This document shows, piece after piece, positions 35,856-44,293 of a DNA stretch of 64,000 nt; positions within the stretch are counted from its first letter, which is position 1, and the number at the start of each line of letters is the position of its first letter. Location of the stretch: contig CAVVFV010000008.1 in assembly GCA_963747695.1 (NCBI GenBank), positions 267,592-331,591 of the forward strand, in the 5' to 3' direction. Both the position numbers and the translations under genes were made by a program. The notes under the pieces were generated by a model that worked only from the letters and a program-made list of their open reading frames with translations, was not told the origin of the DNA and did no database searches. Source of the DNA: Candidatus Falkowbacteria bacterium. GTDB lineage: Bacteria; Patescibacteriota; Patescibacteriia; Patescibacteriales; WJLG01.

Positions 35856-36305
35856 TTATTTAATTATTTGGATCACCCAAATCAAGATGATCAGGGCATA
35901 GGCATTGATCAATAAAGTCCTGATCCAATGCGTCTCCAAGATTTTGGCAAGATAAGGACTCGCAGAACCAAGCGGATCACGCGATAGCTTGCCTTGCCAT
36001 TGACCCCACATAAAAATAGTCAGGATAAGCGAAAGCCAAAGGCAGATGGTCGCGCCGTAGATTGCCCAAAAAGGCGAACCGGCGGGATGATACCAGACAA
36101 GCGCGGTTGAACCGGCCAGCTCCAAGCCCCAAGGAAACAAAACCCAATAAGGAAGTTTTTTCCAATGGACTTCCTGGATGCGTTGAAAATCATTTCTTCC
36201 AATGAGCTTCCAAGAGCGGAAGATATCGACTTCATTTGCCCAGATCGTCCCGACGTTATAATAACCTACGGCCAGATTGAGAAGTAGAAAGATGGTAGTA
36301 TTCAT
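35856..36305 (-). CDS. integral membrane protein (DUF1772/anthrone-oxygenase-like, tentative)
   Basis: 149 aa, 4 TM helices, Trp-rich loops; family guess from topology and size only. Confidence 0.6.
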   Translation of the reverse strand: MNTTIFLLLNLAVGYYNVGTIWANEVDIFRSWKLIGRNDFQRIQEVHWKKLPYWVLFPWGLELAGSTALVWYHPAGSPFWAIYGATICLWLSLILTIFMWGQWQGKLSRDPLGSASPYLAKILETHWIRTLLINAYALIILIWVIQIIK

Positions 36306-36333
36306 AATTTTTTTTGAATACCTTTATAAGATG

Positions 36334-36405
36334 TGCACCCGGCAAGAATCGAACTTGCGTTACAAGCTCCGCAAGCTTGTGTCCTATCCGTTGAACGACG
36401 GGTGC
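36334..36405 (-). tRNA. tRNA-Arg (anticodon GCG)
   Basis: Hand-folded: acceptor GCACCCG/CGGGTGC, D arm identical to the CCG isoacceptor, anticodon arm CAAGC-TTGCGGA-GCTTG, T arm GCAAG-TTCGATT-CTTGC, discriminator A. Confidence 0.8.
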
Positions 36406-36417
36406 CCGATATTCTCT

Positions 36418-36455
36418 AAAATAAATCCTTGGCCAAGTGCGAAATATGGCCAAGG
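36418..36455 (-). terminator. rho-independent terminator after the 36479 gene
   Basis: ccttggcca/tggccaagg 9-bp perfect stem; T-rich run on the minus strand. Confidence 0.65.
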
Positions 36456-36478
36456 CCCGAACCGGTATCTCTATGATG

Positions 36479-37054
36479 CTACAGTTTGAATAGTTTTGTC
36501 AACTGCTCGGAGAGGGGAACGGTAGTCCGATCCAGGTCTTCCTTGACGTATTTAAGCAGATTCCGGCGGATGACGATCGGATTCATATCCTCTAAAGGAA
36601 TCGCAAAACGGGTGCGGGCGAAATTAACCAGCCAAAAAAGCCAACTGTAATGGGCGGGTTCGTTATCCGGCAAGGTCGGCCGGGCAAATCGGCTGAATTC
36701 CAGATACAGATTTTTTACGCCGCTATCCGGTTCATAAATGATGAAAAAACTCCTGATTTGATCATAACTATAAAATTCTTTACCGACTGCCACGCCCTGG
36801 TCACTCAAGACGACGTCCAATTTTCCCGGCATACCGCCGTCAAAGATGACGATCAGGACCGCCGCAAAAATGATAATTATGGCAAAAATAAAATCTTGCG
36901 TAAAAAACGCGTAAACCAAGAGCGCGATGGCGATAACCGAATAGATCGCATACCACATTTTCGTTTTTTCCGAGCTCTGATATTCGGGAATTTGCCAGGT
37001 GATCACGTCGGTTTCGGATTTGATGTCTTGAGTAGGTGTATGTTCTTCGGCCAT
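36479..37054 (-). CDS. membrane protein, hypothetical
   Basis: 191 aa with two adjacent TM helices (aa ~35-80) followed by a soluble domain. Confidence 0.75.
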   Translation of the reverse strand: MAEEHTPTQDIKSETDVITWQIPEYQSSEKTKMWYAIYSVIAIALLVYAFFTQDFIFAIIIIFAAVLIVIFDGGMPGKLDVVLSDQGVAVGKEFYSYDQIRSFFIIYEPDSGVKNLYLEFSRFARPTLPDNEPAHYSWLFWLVNFARTRFAIPLEDMNPIVIRRNLLKYVKEDLDRTTVPLSEQLTKLFKL

Positions 37055-37208
37055 ATTGTTTGACAGTCAATTTTTTATCTTATATTATGATTATATCATA
37101 TTTGTAAAATATAATCCAAATTAACGAATTCATCCATATCTACGAATATAATTCTGATTATTTAAATTTGGATGTCTCATTCGTAGCATTTGTAGTATGG
37201 AGAGGTGG

Positions 37209-37380
37209 CAGACAACCGCTCGCAAGCGGGGCCCCGCCAACGGCGGTGGGTGGCTGAAGTTATTCAAAGTATAAAATTTAAAAATTTTTTGGAGAGGTGG
37301 CTGAGCGGGCCGAATGCGACCGAAGGGAGCATCGGCGGGCGGCAAAGAGCCGCACAGGCAGACGCTCAGCACGATTTTTT
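37209..37380 (+). other. two partial copies of the tRNA-Ser 5' end, each extended into GC-rich hairpins; the second ends in a T-run
   Basis: GGAGAGGTGGC at 37209 and GGAGAGGTGGCTGAGCGG at 37301 match the 5' end of the tRNA at 37407. No T arm or acceptor 3' strand is present. 37309-37316 pairs with 37373-37380, followed by TTTTTT. Confidence 0.6.
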
Positions 37381-37406
37381 GTTCGAGGCACTGCCGAGTA
37401 AAATAT

Positions 37407-37493
37407 GGAGAGGTGGCTGAGCGGCTGAAAGCAGCACACTGCTAATGTGTTAACCTAGTAATAGGTTCATGGGTTCGAATCCCATCCTCTCCG
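37407..37493 (+). tRNA. tRNA-Ser (anticodon GCU)
   Basis: Acceptor GGAGAGG/CCTCTCC, anticodon arm GCACA-CTGCTAA-TGTGT, long variable arm, T arm ATGGG-TTCGAAT-CCCAT, discriminator G. Confidence 0.92.
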
Positions 37494-37557
37494 CAGAGAC
37501 AATTTAGTATCGTGCAAACCCGAATTACTCGTGATCGTTAGCCAAATTTCGGTGAAG

Positions 37558-37587
37558 GAGTGACAACTTTTTATCGTGTAAACCCGA
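37558..37587 (+). repeat. island-proximal 30-bp direct repeat
   Basis: gagtgacaactttttatcgtgtaaacccga; a shorter third copy (tatcgtgcaaacccga) lies at 37508-37523. Confidence 0.85.
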
Positions 37588-37697
37588 AAAGCCGAGAGTT
37601 TTGAGTAACTCAATCTGGTTTCGGTTTTTGTTTGCTGACCACTATTTTTTTGCTAGTTAGTACAAGTGTCGTCGGTTTAAACTTTAATGTTCAAAAA

Positions 37698-38501
37698 ATG
37701 GATTACATAAAACGCCAAAGTAAAGAAAATAGTAAAATAGCCGCAAAATATAGGGGGTGGTATAAGGCTGATAGTGGCGTTTGGGGGGATCGGTATATGA
37801 AAGAAAAACATGGTGTCCTGACTGAAAAGCGCGACATAAAAGAGGTGAATATTATTCTTAAATATTTGCCTAAACATTGTGAAAAAATTCTTGATGCGCC
37901 ATGCGGCTATGGCAGAATTTCTAATATTTTAGCAGATAAGGGGTTTGATGTAACCGGCATAGATATCAGCAAGTATTTTGTTAACATAGCGAAAAAAGCA
38001 GCAAATGAAAAGAAACTGAAGGTTAAATATGAGGTCGGTAATATTTTGAAAAAGAGGTTGGCCGGAAAGTTTGACGCTGTTTTAAATATTTTTACTTCCA
38101 TTGGCTATCTTGAGAGCGATAGAGAAAACGAATTATTTATAAAACGTTTATGTGATTATGTAAAAACAGGCGGTAGATTAATTATCGAAACTATTAATCC
38201 GATATTCCTCCTCTCTAATTATCAAAGCAAAGACAGTATTATTAAAGAAGATGGAACGAAAATAAATTTTGAGAGGTTTTACGATATTAATACAGCCACG
38301 AATATCACTCGGGTAAAGGAAACGGACCCAAATGGAAAAATTCGAACACTAGTACACACTATCAGGCTTTATTATCCCCACGAACTTATTAATATCTGCG
38401 AGAAGTATGGTTGCCGCCTTGTTTTTTTGTTAAACCAGGAGGCTCAAAAGAAAAATATCATTAACTCTTATCGAATATGGTTAATATTCCAAAAAAAATA
38501 A
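37698..38501 (+). CDS. class I SAM-dependent methyltransferase
   Basis: SAM motif I ILDAPCGYGRISNILADKGFDVTGIDIS. ATG 37698 is preferred over TTG 37632. Confidence 0.85.
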   Translation: MDYIKRQSKENSKIAAKYRGWYKADSGVWGDRYMKEKHGVLTEKRDIKEVNIILKYLPKHCEKILDAPCGYGRISNILADKGFDVTGIDISKYFVNIAKKAANEKKLKVKYEVGNILKKRLAGKFDAVLNIFTSIGYLESDRENELFIKRLCDYVKTGGRLIIETINPIFLLSNYQSKDSIIKEDGTKINFERFYDINTATNITRVKETDPNGKIRTLVHTIRLYYPHELINICEKYGCRLVFLLNQEAQKKNIINSYRIWLIFQKK

Positions 38502-38920
38502 TAGAGCGCGCACGAGCCATTATTATTGCCGATAGAAAAATATTATTAATTAATCGTGTTAAGTCCGACGAATCTTATTGGGTTATACCGGGTGGACGAG
38601 TAGAACCGGGCGAATCAAAAAAGGAAGCAGTTCAGCGCGAATGTTCCGAGGAACTGGGTATTAAAGTTAATGTTAAAGATTTATTCCTTAAAAGAATATC
38701 TGATAAGCCCGAAACGATTGGGCATTGCGAATATTTTTATTTATGTGAAATAGCCGGGGGGGTAATCGGCACAGGGCAAGGGCCAGAGTTTCGGCCGGGG
38801 AGAGACGAGTATAAAGGACAATATAATATCAGATGGGTGGATTTAAGAAAGTTGCCCGATTTGAATCTGAAACCGGAAGAGTTAAAAAATAAAATCGTTG
38901 AAAAGTACGTCATTAATTAG
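38477..38920 (+). CDS. NUDIX hydrolase
   Basis: Nudix box GGRVEPGESKKEAVQRECSEELGI; overlaps the previous gene by 25 nt. Confidence 0.88.
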   Translation: MVNIPKKIIERARAIIIADRKILLINRVKSDESYWVIPGGRVEPGESKKEAVQRECSEELGIKVNVKDLFLKRISDKPETIGHCEYFYLCEIAGGVIGTGQGPEFRPGRDEYKGQYNIRWVDLRKLPDLNLKPEELKNKIVEKYVIN

Positions 38921-38937
38921 TATCGTTAAATTAATTT

Positions 38938-40089
38938 ATGTTTGATATTAAAAGTATTCTCGATAAAATCAATAAATCGATTGTTGACGAAGAGGATATC
39001 AATAGGGTGGCCGATGTGATGCGAAGCGGGTTTCTCTCAAAACCTGATGGCGGACCGCTTGTTACCCAATTCCAAGAATTAATGTCAAGAGCTCACGGCA
39101 TGAAATATGCTTTCGCGGTAAATTCCGGCACATCCGCGTTGCATTGTGCCATTGCCGCCTTAGAATTGAAGGAAGGTGATGAAGTAATTGTTCCCGCCCT
39201 AGCAAATATTGCAGACGCTTCTGTGATTATTCAAAGTGGTGGTAAACCGGTTTTCGCGGACATTGATTCAAACGATTTTAACATTAGCCCTGAAAAAATC
39301 GAGGAAAAGATTACCGGGAAAACAAGGGCAATTATTTTAGTTCATATGTACGGTCAACCCGGGAAGATTAATGAAATAAAAAAAATTGCCAAGGAAAATA
39401 ACTTGATTCTCATTGAGGATTGCGCGCAGGCTGCAGGTGCAAAGTATCAGGGGAAATACGTTGGATCTTTCGGCGATATCAGTTGCTTTAGTCTTTACCA
39501 AACAAAGCATATTATCTGCGGCGAAGGGGGAGTGGTGGCAACAAATAATAAGGGGTTTGCCCAAATAATAACATCAATAGCAAACAATGGGATTATGAAA
39601 AGTAATCTCGACGCCTACGACTACGACCGGATAGGATTTAATTATCAGTTAACTGAAATACAAGCCGCATTGGTGATTGGCCAATTTAATAAATTAGACA
39701 AAAATAATGCCAAAAGACGGCAAAATGTCCAAAAGTTTAAAGAGTTATTAAGGGATGTTGATATTAAATTTCAGCGCAGTGAAGATAATACTGAAAATTC
39801 TTATTTTTATCTGACGGCTTTGTTGCCAGAAAATATGGCCGATAAGAGAGATGAATTTATTAAACAGGTTCAGGGTTTACAGTCGCCGATTAAAAAATTG
39901 TACCCATTAGCTTTGACTGAAATGACTTTATTTAAAGATAAAGTCAAACAAGATTGTTTGGTAGCGCAGAACATAACCAAAAGAATTTTTAATCTTTATG
40001 TTAATCCCGGTTTGGGTGATGAAGAAATTGCTTTTATGGCGGAGGCCGTAAAAAATGCGCATAAGTCAATTTTTGATAAATATAAGTAG
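38938..40089 (+). CDS. DegT/DnrJ/EryC1/StrS-family PLP-dependent sugar aminotransferase
   Basis: 383 aa; FAVNSGTSALHCAIAAL and CFSLYQTKHIICGEGG (PLP lysine) motifs. Confidence 0.88.
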   Translation: MFDIKSILDKINKSIVDEEDINRVADVMRSGFLSKPDGGPLVTQFQELMSRAHGMKYAFAVNSGTSALHCAIAALELKEGDEVIVPALANIADASVIIQSGGKPVFADIDSNDFNISPEKIEEKITGKTRAIILVHMYGQPGKINEIKKIAKENNLILIEDCAQAAGAKYQGKYVGSFGDISCFSLYQTKHIICGEGGVVATNNKGFAQIITSIANNGIMKSNLDAYDYDRIGFNYQLTEIQAALVIGQFNKLDKNNAKRRQNVQKFKELLRDVDIKFQRSEDNTENSYFYLTALLPENMADKRDEFIKQVQGLQSPIKKLYPLALTEMTLFKDKVKQDCLVAQNITKRIFNLYVNPGLGDEEIAFMAEAVKNAHKSIFDKYK

Positions 40090-40095
40090 AAATTT

Positions 40096-40803
40096 ATGAA
40101 GCGGGTGTTGATAACCGGAAGTCAAGGTTCGCTGGGAAGCATTTTGCGGCAAGGATTACGAGATTCATTTTTGCTATCATGTATCGATGTTGTTGCGAGT
40201 GGCGAAACGACTATTACAATAGATCTTGCCAGGGAATACAACAAGTTAAAAAAAATCGCTAAAAATCAGGATGCCATTGTTCACTTGGCGTGGGACACGA
40301 GGGAGGATTATCCAAACGAAAATATTGTTCCGGCGAATAAAACTATGGCGGAAAATATGTATCGAGCTGCCGTGGAAGTAGGTGTCCCACGGGTTATTGT
40401 TGCTAGTTCGGTACATGCTAATGATTACTCGAAAGTCAATGCCGGCGATGAGCTCTCAGCCAGTGCCGAAAGTTATCCAGACACGCCTTACGGAGCAACG
40501 AAAAAATACATTGAATCGTTGGGTCGTTTTTACGCCAATAAGTATAGTCTCGAAGTCATTTGTCCTCGTTTTGGCGGTATTAATAAAAACAATGAAGTTC
40601 GTTTTGAAGAAGACCCATTGTATGATAAAGTTCTCTTCTATAAAGAAGATTTTGTTAATTTAGTTTCTCATTGCCTGACCATTAAAGCAGTGCCCAATAA
40701 TTTTTGCGTTTTTTATGCTGTTTCCAATGTCAAAGGACGCTTGCATTCGTTAGAAAATTCTTTAAATTGGAAACCAAGCTTCTTCATTAATGAAACAAAT
40801 TAA
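40096..40803 (+). CDS. NAD-dependent epimerase/dehydratase (short-chain dehydrogenase family)
   Basis: VLITGSQGSLGS Rossmann motif and YGATKKY catalytic YxxxK. Confidence 0.82.
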   Translation: MKRVLITGSQGSLGSILRQGLRDSFLLSCIDVVASGETTITIDLAREYNKLKKIAKNQDAIVHLAWDTREDYPNENIVPANKTMAENMYRAAVEVGVPRVIVASSVHANDYSKVNAGDELSASAESYPDTPYGATKKYIESLGRFYANKYSLEVICPRFGGINKNNEVRFEEDPLYDKVLFYKEDFVNLVSHCLTIKAVPNNFCVFYAVSNVKGRLHSLENSLNWKPSFFINETN

Positions 40804-41539
40804 TACAATTATTATAGCCGTCGGCGGGAAAGGAAGGCGCATATCGGCAGATTTAAAAAAGGCTGGGTTTAATAGTTCGAAAGTTTTACTGCTTGTTGAT
40901 GGCAAACCTATCCTCGAGCGCCTTATTGATAATGCATTAAAAGAAAATTTTAAGCGCATTTTTTTATTGGTCAGTTATTATGAAACAGAGCTGCGAAATT
41001 TTTTGAACCAAAAATATAGTGGTAACAAAAAAATTATACCTGTTTACGGGGGAAGGAAAGGAATGGATCTGGGTGTTCCTTTTTTAATTCATGGCCTTAA
41101 AAAGAGACTACGAGATCCGTTTATATATTCCGATGGTAATATTTTGTACAAACAAAGTCTTCTTCACCGAATGAAATCAATAAAAAAAAGGAAGAAATAT
41201 TTGGTATATTTGGCTTTAAGTAGTAGGGATCATGCGCCGACTCACTCGCAAGTGATAAAGGTTCGCAATAAATTGTTCGCGGTCAACACTAGATTATCAT
41301 CGGAAATGAGTGGTTTAAGAAAGTCTAAACGCATGCGATCATATTATAGTCTTGGCTTAATGGCCTTGAGCCCTGCCGTTTTTTCGCTAGTACCGAAATT
41401 CGCCTATCTAAACGATCTTGATTATGTTGTTAAGGATATTTTTGATTGCAATAAAGATTTAGTTAAGGGCATTGTTTATGCTGGCCAGTGGCTTAGTTTG
41501 CATACAGTTAGTGACCTTGACAGATTTGAAATTAGGTGA
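40790..41539 (+). CDS. sugar-phosphate nucleotidyltransferase-like protein
   Basis: N-terminal IIAVGGKGRRI...SKVLLLVDGKPILERLI matches the GxGxR...K...G(K/R)P signature; overlaps the previous gene by 14 nt. Confidence 0.65.
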   Translation: MKQINTIIIAVGGKGRRISADLKKAGFNSSKVLLLVDGKPILERLIDNALKENFKRIFLLVSYYETELRNFLNQKYSGNKKIIPVYGGRKGMDLGVPFLIHGLKKRLRDPFIYSDGNILYKQSLLHRMKSIKKRKKYLVYLALSSRDHAPTHSQVIKVRNKLFAVNTRLSSEMSGLRKSKRMRSYYSLGLMALSPAVFSLVPKFAYLNDLDYVVKDIFDCNKDLVKGIVYAGQWLSLHTVSDLDRFEIR

Positions 41540-41599
41540 TAATTTGAACCGTTAAGGTTCTTTCAAAAATAAATAGCAACATTTATCAGGAGGTCGATT

Positions 41600-42370
41600 A
41601 TGATTATAATGGACGAGAACTTCCTGGTAGACGCAGGAAGTAGGTATCGAATTGATAAAAACTTACCCTACCGATTACAAAAAAGGGAATTAGCGAGGAC
41701 TTTAGGTTTTCCTTCGAACGATAGGTTAAAGGCTTGTAACTCATCTGAACACGAGAGAGTCGAGGAGCTTATTGCGGAGTGTTGTGCCCTGGGGTATCCG
41801 TTTCTAATCATAGTATCGGAAAAACCAATGGCAACTTTAGTGCCACCATTGTTTACCGTGAATGGTGTTAACTCCGTAAACTGGCGTGATTGTCGAGGCG
41901 AGAAGTGTCGGATAACCGTTGATGCAGCAAGCCGGATTATTCGAGATTATCCTAAAGATACCTGGCTGGAATTTTCGCCGCTTCTTTGGAACCCTCTAAC
42001 AATAGCTGGTCGATTAGCTTATATGTCTTCAGTGAGACAGGTACTTGAGATACAGCAGGGTACCCTTCCAGCAAAGCTTATCGATGATAAAAAGCTATTG
42101 ACCTATATGGGGGAATTAAATTTCCTGGATCTTGAGAGGTGTCAATACCTTGAAAGTAGAAGGTGGCTTGAGTCGCGCGGATATCCTGTCTGTCCTTTTA
42201 ATATCGTTAGATTTGTTTGTAAAAGGCTGCAGCCTCTGTTCAGCGGTCTTGAAGCGCTGCTCGACATTGCCAAAATCCCTACCCTGGAATTTGCGTTAAC
42301 AGAAACAAACCAACTGATTGTGGTTGACATTGATTGGCCGGAACAATTTATTGAAAAGGAGGCGATTTAA
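41600..42370 (+). CDS. hypothetical protein
   Basis: 256 aa; AGGAGG lies 7 nt upstream of the ATG; no recognisable motif; visibly higher GC than neighbouring island genes. Confidence 0.75.
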   Translation: MIIMDENFLVDAGSRYRIDKNLPYRLQKRELARTLGFPSNDRLKACNSSEHERVEELIAECCALGYPFLIIVSEKPMATLVPPLFTVNGVNSVNWRDCRGEKCRITVDAASRIIRDYPKDTWLEFSPLLWNPLTIAGRLAYMSSVRQVLEIQQGTLPAKLIDDKKLLTYMGELNFLDLERCQYLESRRWLESRGYPVCPFNIVRFVCKRLQPLFSGLEALLDIAKIPTLEFALTETNQLIVVDIDWPEQFIEKEAI

Positions 42371-42371
42371 C

Positions 42372-43352
42372 ATGGGTGCAATTGAAACGTCAATGTTGGT
42401 CGTTAAGCCTGATGGGGTTAAGAAAAATTTAGTTGGCCCTATTCGGGAGATTCTCGTCAATCGAGGGCTCAGGATTAAACAAGAACTTACAAAAAACCTC
42501 AAGCCCGGCACAGTGGAGACCTTGTATTGGGGGATTAGCGACGTTAGGCATCGCGACTATTTTCCTGGACTGGTAAGTTTTATGTCGTCATCTCCCGTCC
42601 ACGTTTTTATTATTGAAGGCTATGAGGCGGTATTTAAAACGCGTCAGATTATTGGAAAGCGCGTTCCCGCGTCTGGTATTCGGGCCAAGTGGGCTGCCAG
42701 CATTATTGAAAATGTCGCACACGGTCCCCATAATGCTGCGCGGGCAAAATGGGAAATTGATCTTTTGGTAAATGAACAACCGGCGCGAAAGGTATTCATG
42801 ATCGGAGGTATGAGCGAGTCGGGTAAGAGCACCTTCGGGCGATACTTAGATCAATGCGGCATCAAACGCTTGAAGATAACCTTTTTCCTTAAGCGGGTAA
42901 TGGAGCGCGAAGGTGTTTGTAGTGACTTTGCGGAGTGGAATTCTCGGAACGTGAAAGAACGCCCCGATTGGGTGTATAAAGTATTTGCCGATGAATTCAT
43001 TAAATGGACCGAAGAACAAGGCATTGTATTTTGTTGCCTCGAAAGTCTCTATGGGCCAGATCTCGGCGTTTATATGCGTAATCGACTCGGTGCAGAACGC
43101 GTGGTGATTACGTATGTCAACATGGAAGAAGAGATACGGCTTCAGCGGCAGATGATTCGTCAAAACCTCACTTCGCTAGACGCGGCCAAACAACTCATGT
43201 TACCCCGTGATCAAATAAAAAGAGAGTGGCGGGTGCCAGCGATCGCGGACGTTGCTGATGTTATCGTGGACAACTCTGGATCTTTGGAAAATTTGACCGG
43301 AATTGCAGACGCAATGATCGGAAAATATTGCCCCGAACTGCTCATTCTTTAA
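42372..43352 (+). CDS. nucleoside-diphosphate-kinase domain fused to a P-loop kinase-like domain
   Basis: ATG 42372 with AGGAGG upstream. The N-terminal half (MLVVKPDG...NVAHGP) follows the NDK pattern. The C-terminal half has Walker A GGMSESGKST. Confidence 0.75.
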   Translation: MGAIETSMLVVKPDGVKKNLVGPIREILVNRGLRIKQELTKNLKPGTVETLYWGISDVRHRDYFPGLVSFMSSSPVHVFIIEGYEAVFKTRQIIGKRVPASGIRAKWAASIIENVAHGPHNAARAKWEIDLLVNEQPARKVFMIGGMSESGKSTFGRYLDQCGIKRLKITFFLKRVMEREGVCSDFAEWNSRNVKERPDWVYKVFADEFIKWTEEQGIVFCCLESLYGPDLGVYMRNRLGAERVVITYVNMEEEIRLQRQMIRQNLTSLDAAKQLMLPRDQIKREWRVPAIADVADVIVDNSGSLENLTGIADAMIGKYCPELLIL

Positions 43353-43371
43353 CAAGCACGTTTCAGTTTTT

Positions 43372-43404
43372 TATAGGGGTCTAATTAGGCCCCTATATTT
43401 TTTT
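43372..43404 (+). terminator. rho-independent terminator
   Basis: tataggggt/ggcccctata stem followed by TTTTTTT. Confidence 0.7.
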
Positions 43405-43462
43405 AAAATCATTTTTTAACATTTAATAAAAGATACCAAAATATTTATTAATTACGAACGAT

Positions 43463-44290
43463 ATGTCAAATATTGTGATTTCTAATTTAGCCTGGAATGA
43501 ATCAGTGGATCAGCAGGTATTTCAATTAATGAATCAGTTAGGTGTTTGTAATTTAGAAATCAGTCCCTTCAGGGATTCGGCTGAAATATCAGAGGTCAAC
43601 AATAGGATTGGTGGCAAAACATTTAATTTATTGAATCATTACGGTATACGGATCGTCGCCCTTCAATCCCTGTTGTTTAGATTCCCGGAAATTTCTATTT
43701 TTAAAGACGCGATAGCACGTAATGAAATATATGAGCGCCTGGTCGATGTTTTAAAGTTCTCAAATAAAATTTGTTCCAGCGTGGTCGTATTTGGATCGCC
43801 AAAAAATAAAAAAAGAGATGGTATGAGATATAAAAATGCATTTGGTATTGCAGTCGATTTTTTCAGTGGATTAGCTAAGGTAGCGGAAGATTTAAATGTT
43901 GTATTTTGCATTGAACCGACGCCGGCTGTATACGGGGCTGACTTTATTACAAATACGAGTGAAGCAATTGATTTGATTAAAGCCGTTGGCCGTAAATCAT
44001 TTAAATTAAACTTTGATGTTGGGGCATCGATTCTGAATAAGGAAAGATTTGAGGGTATCATTCTCGATAATATCGAGCAAATCGGGCATTTTCACATTAG
44101 CGAACCATATCTAAAGATTATTAATCAAAATAAATTTTTTCATAACAATATATCGGAGTTGCTGAAGAAGGGGGCATACAATAAATTTGTTTCTATTGAA
44201 ATGAAATCCGCGCCAGATATTGATGTCGCAAAAATTGCCGAAATAATTTCGTTTGTGAAAAATATTTATGATATTCGTTACGATCAATAA
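43463..44290 (+). CDS. sugar phosphate isomerase/epimerase (xylose-isomerase-like TIM barrel)
   Basis: 275 aa; pattern ...VVFGSP...FCIEP...NFDVGA...IGHFHISEP typical of the AP-endonuclease-2/TIM family. Confidence 0.6.
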   Translation: MSNIVISNLAWNESVDQQVFQLMNQLGVCNLEISPFRDSAEISEVNNRIGGKTFNLLNHYGIRIVALQSLLFRFPEISIFKDAIARNEIYERLVDVLKFSNKICSSVVVFGSPKNKKRDGMRYKNAFGIAVDFFSGLAKVAEDLNVVFCIEPTPAVYGADFITNTSEAIDLIKAVGRKSFKLNFDVGASILNKERFEGIILDNIEQIGHFHISEPYLKIINQNKFFHNNISELLKKGAYNKFVSIEMKSAPDIDVAKIAEIISFVKNIYDIRYDQ

Positions 44291-44293
44291 GAT

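Noticed and set aside
37301-37380. Structured element considered as SRP (4.5S) RNA
   Set aside because: It has a GNAR-like loop (GAAG) followed by GGAGCA and a downstream AGGCAGA that recall helix 8. However, the conserved 5'-side AGG of the symmetric loop is absent (GCGA instead), and an extra hairpin interrupts the 3' strand. An Infernal scan would settle it.
37130-37420. ORFs 37130-37372 (minus) and 37205-37420 (plus)
   Set aside because: They overlap the tRNA-Ser 5'-copy hairpin region. Composition is Arg/Pro/Gly-rich because of the GC-rich stems, and there is no RBS.
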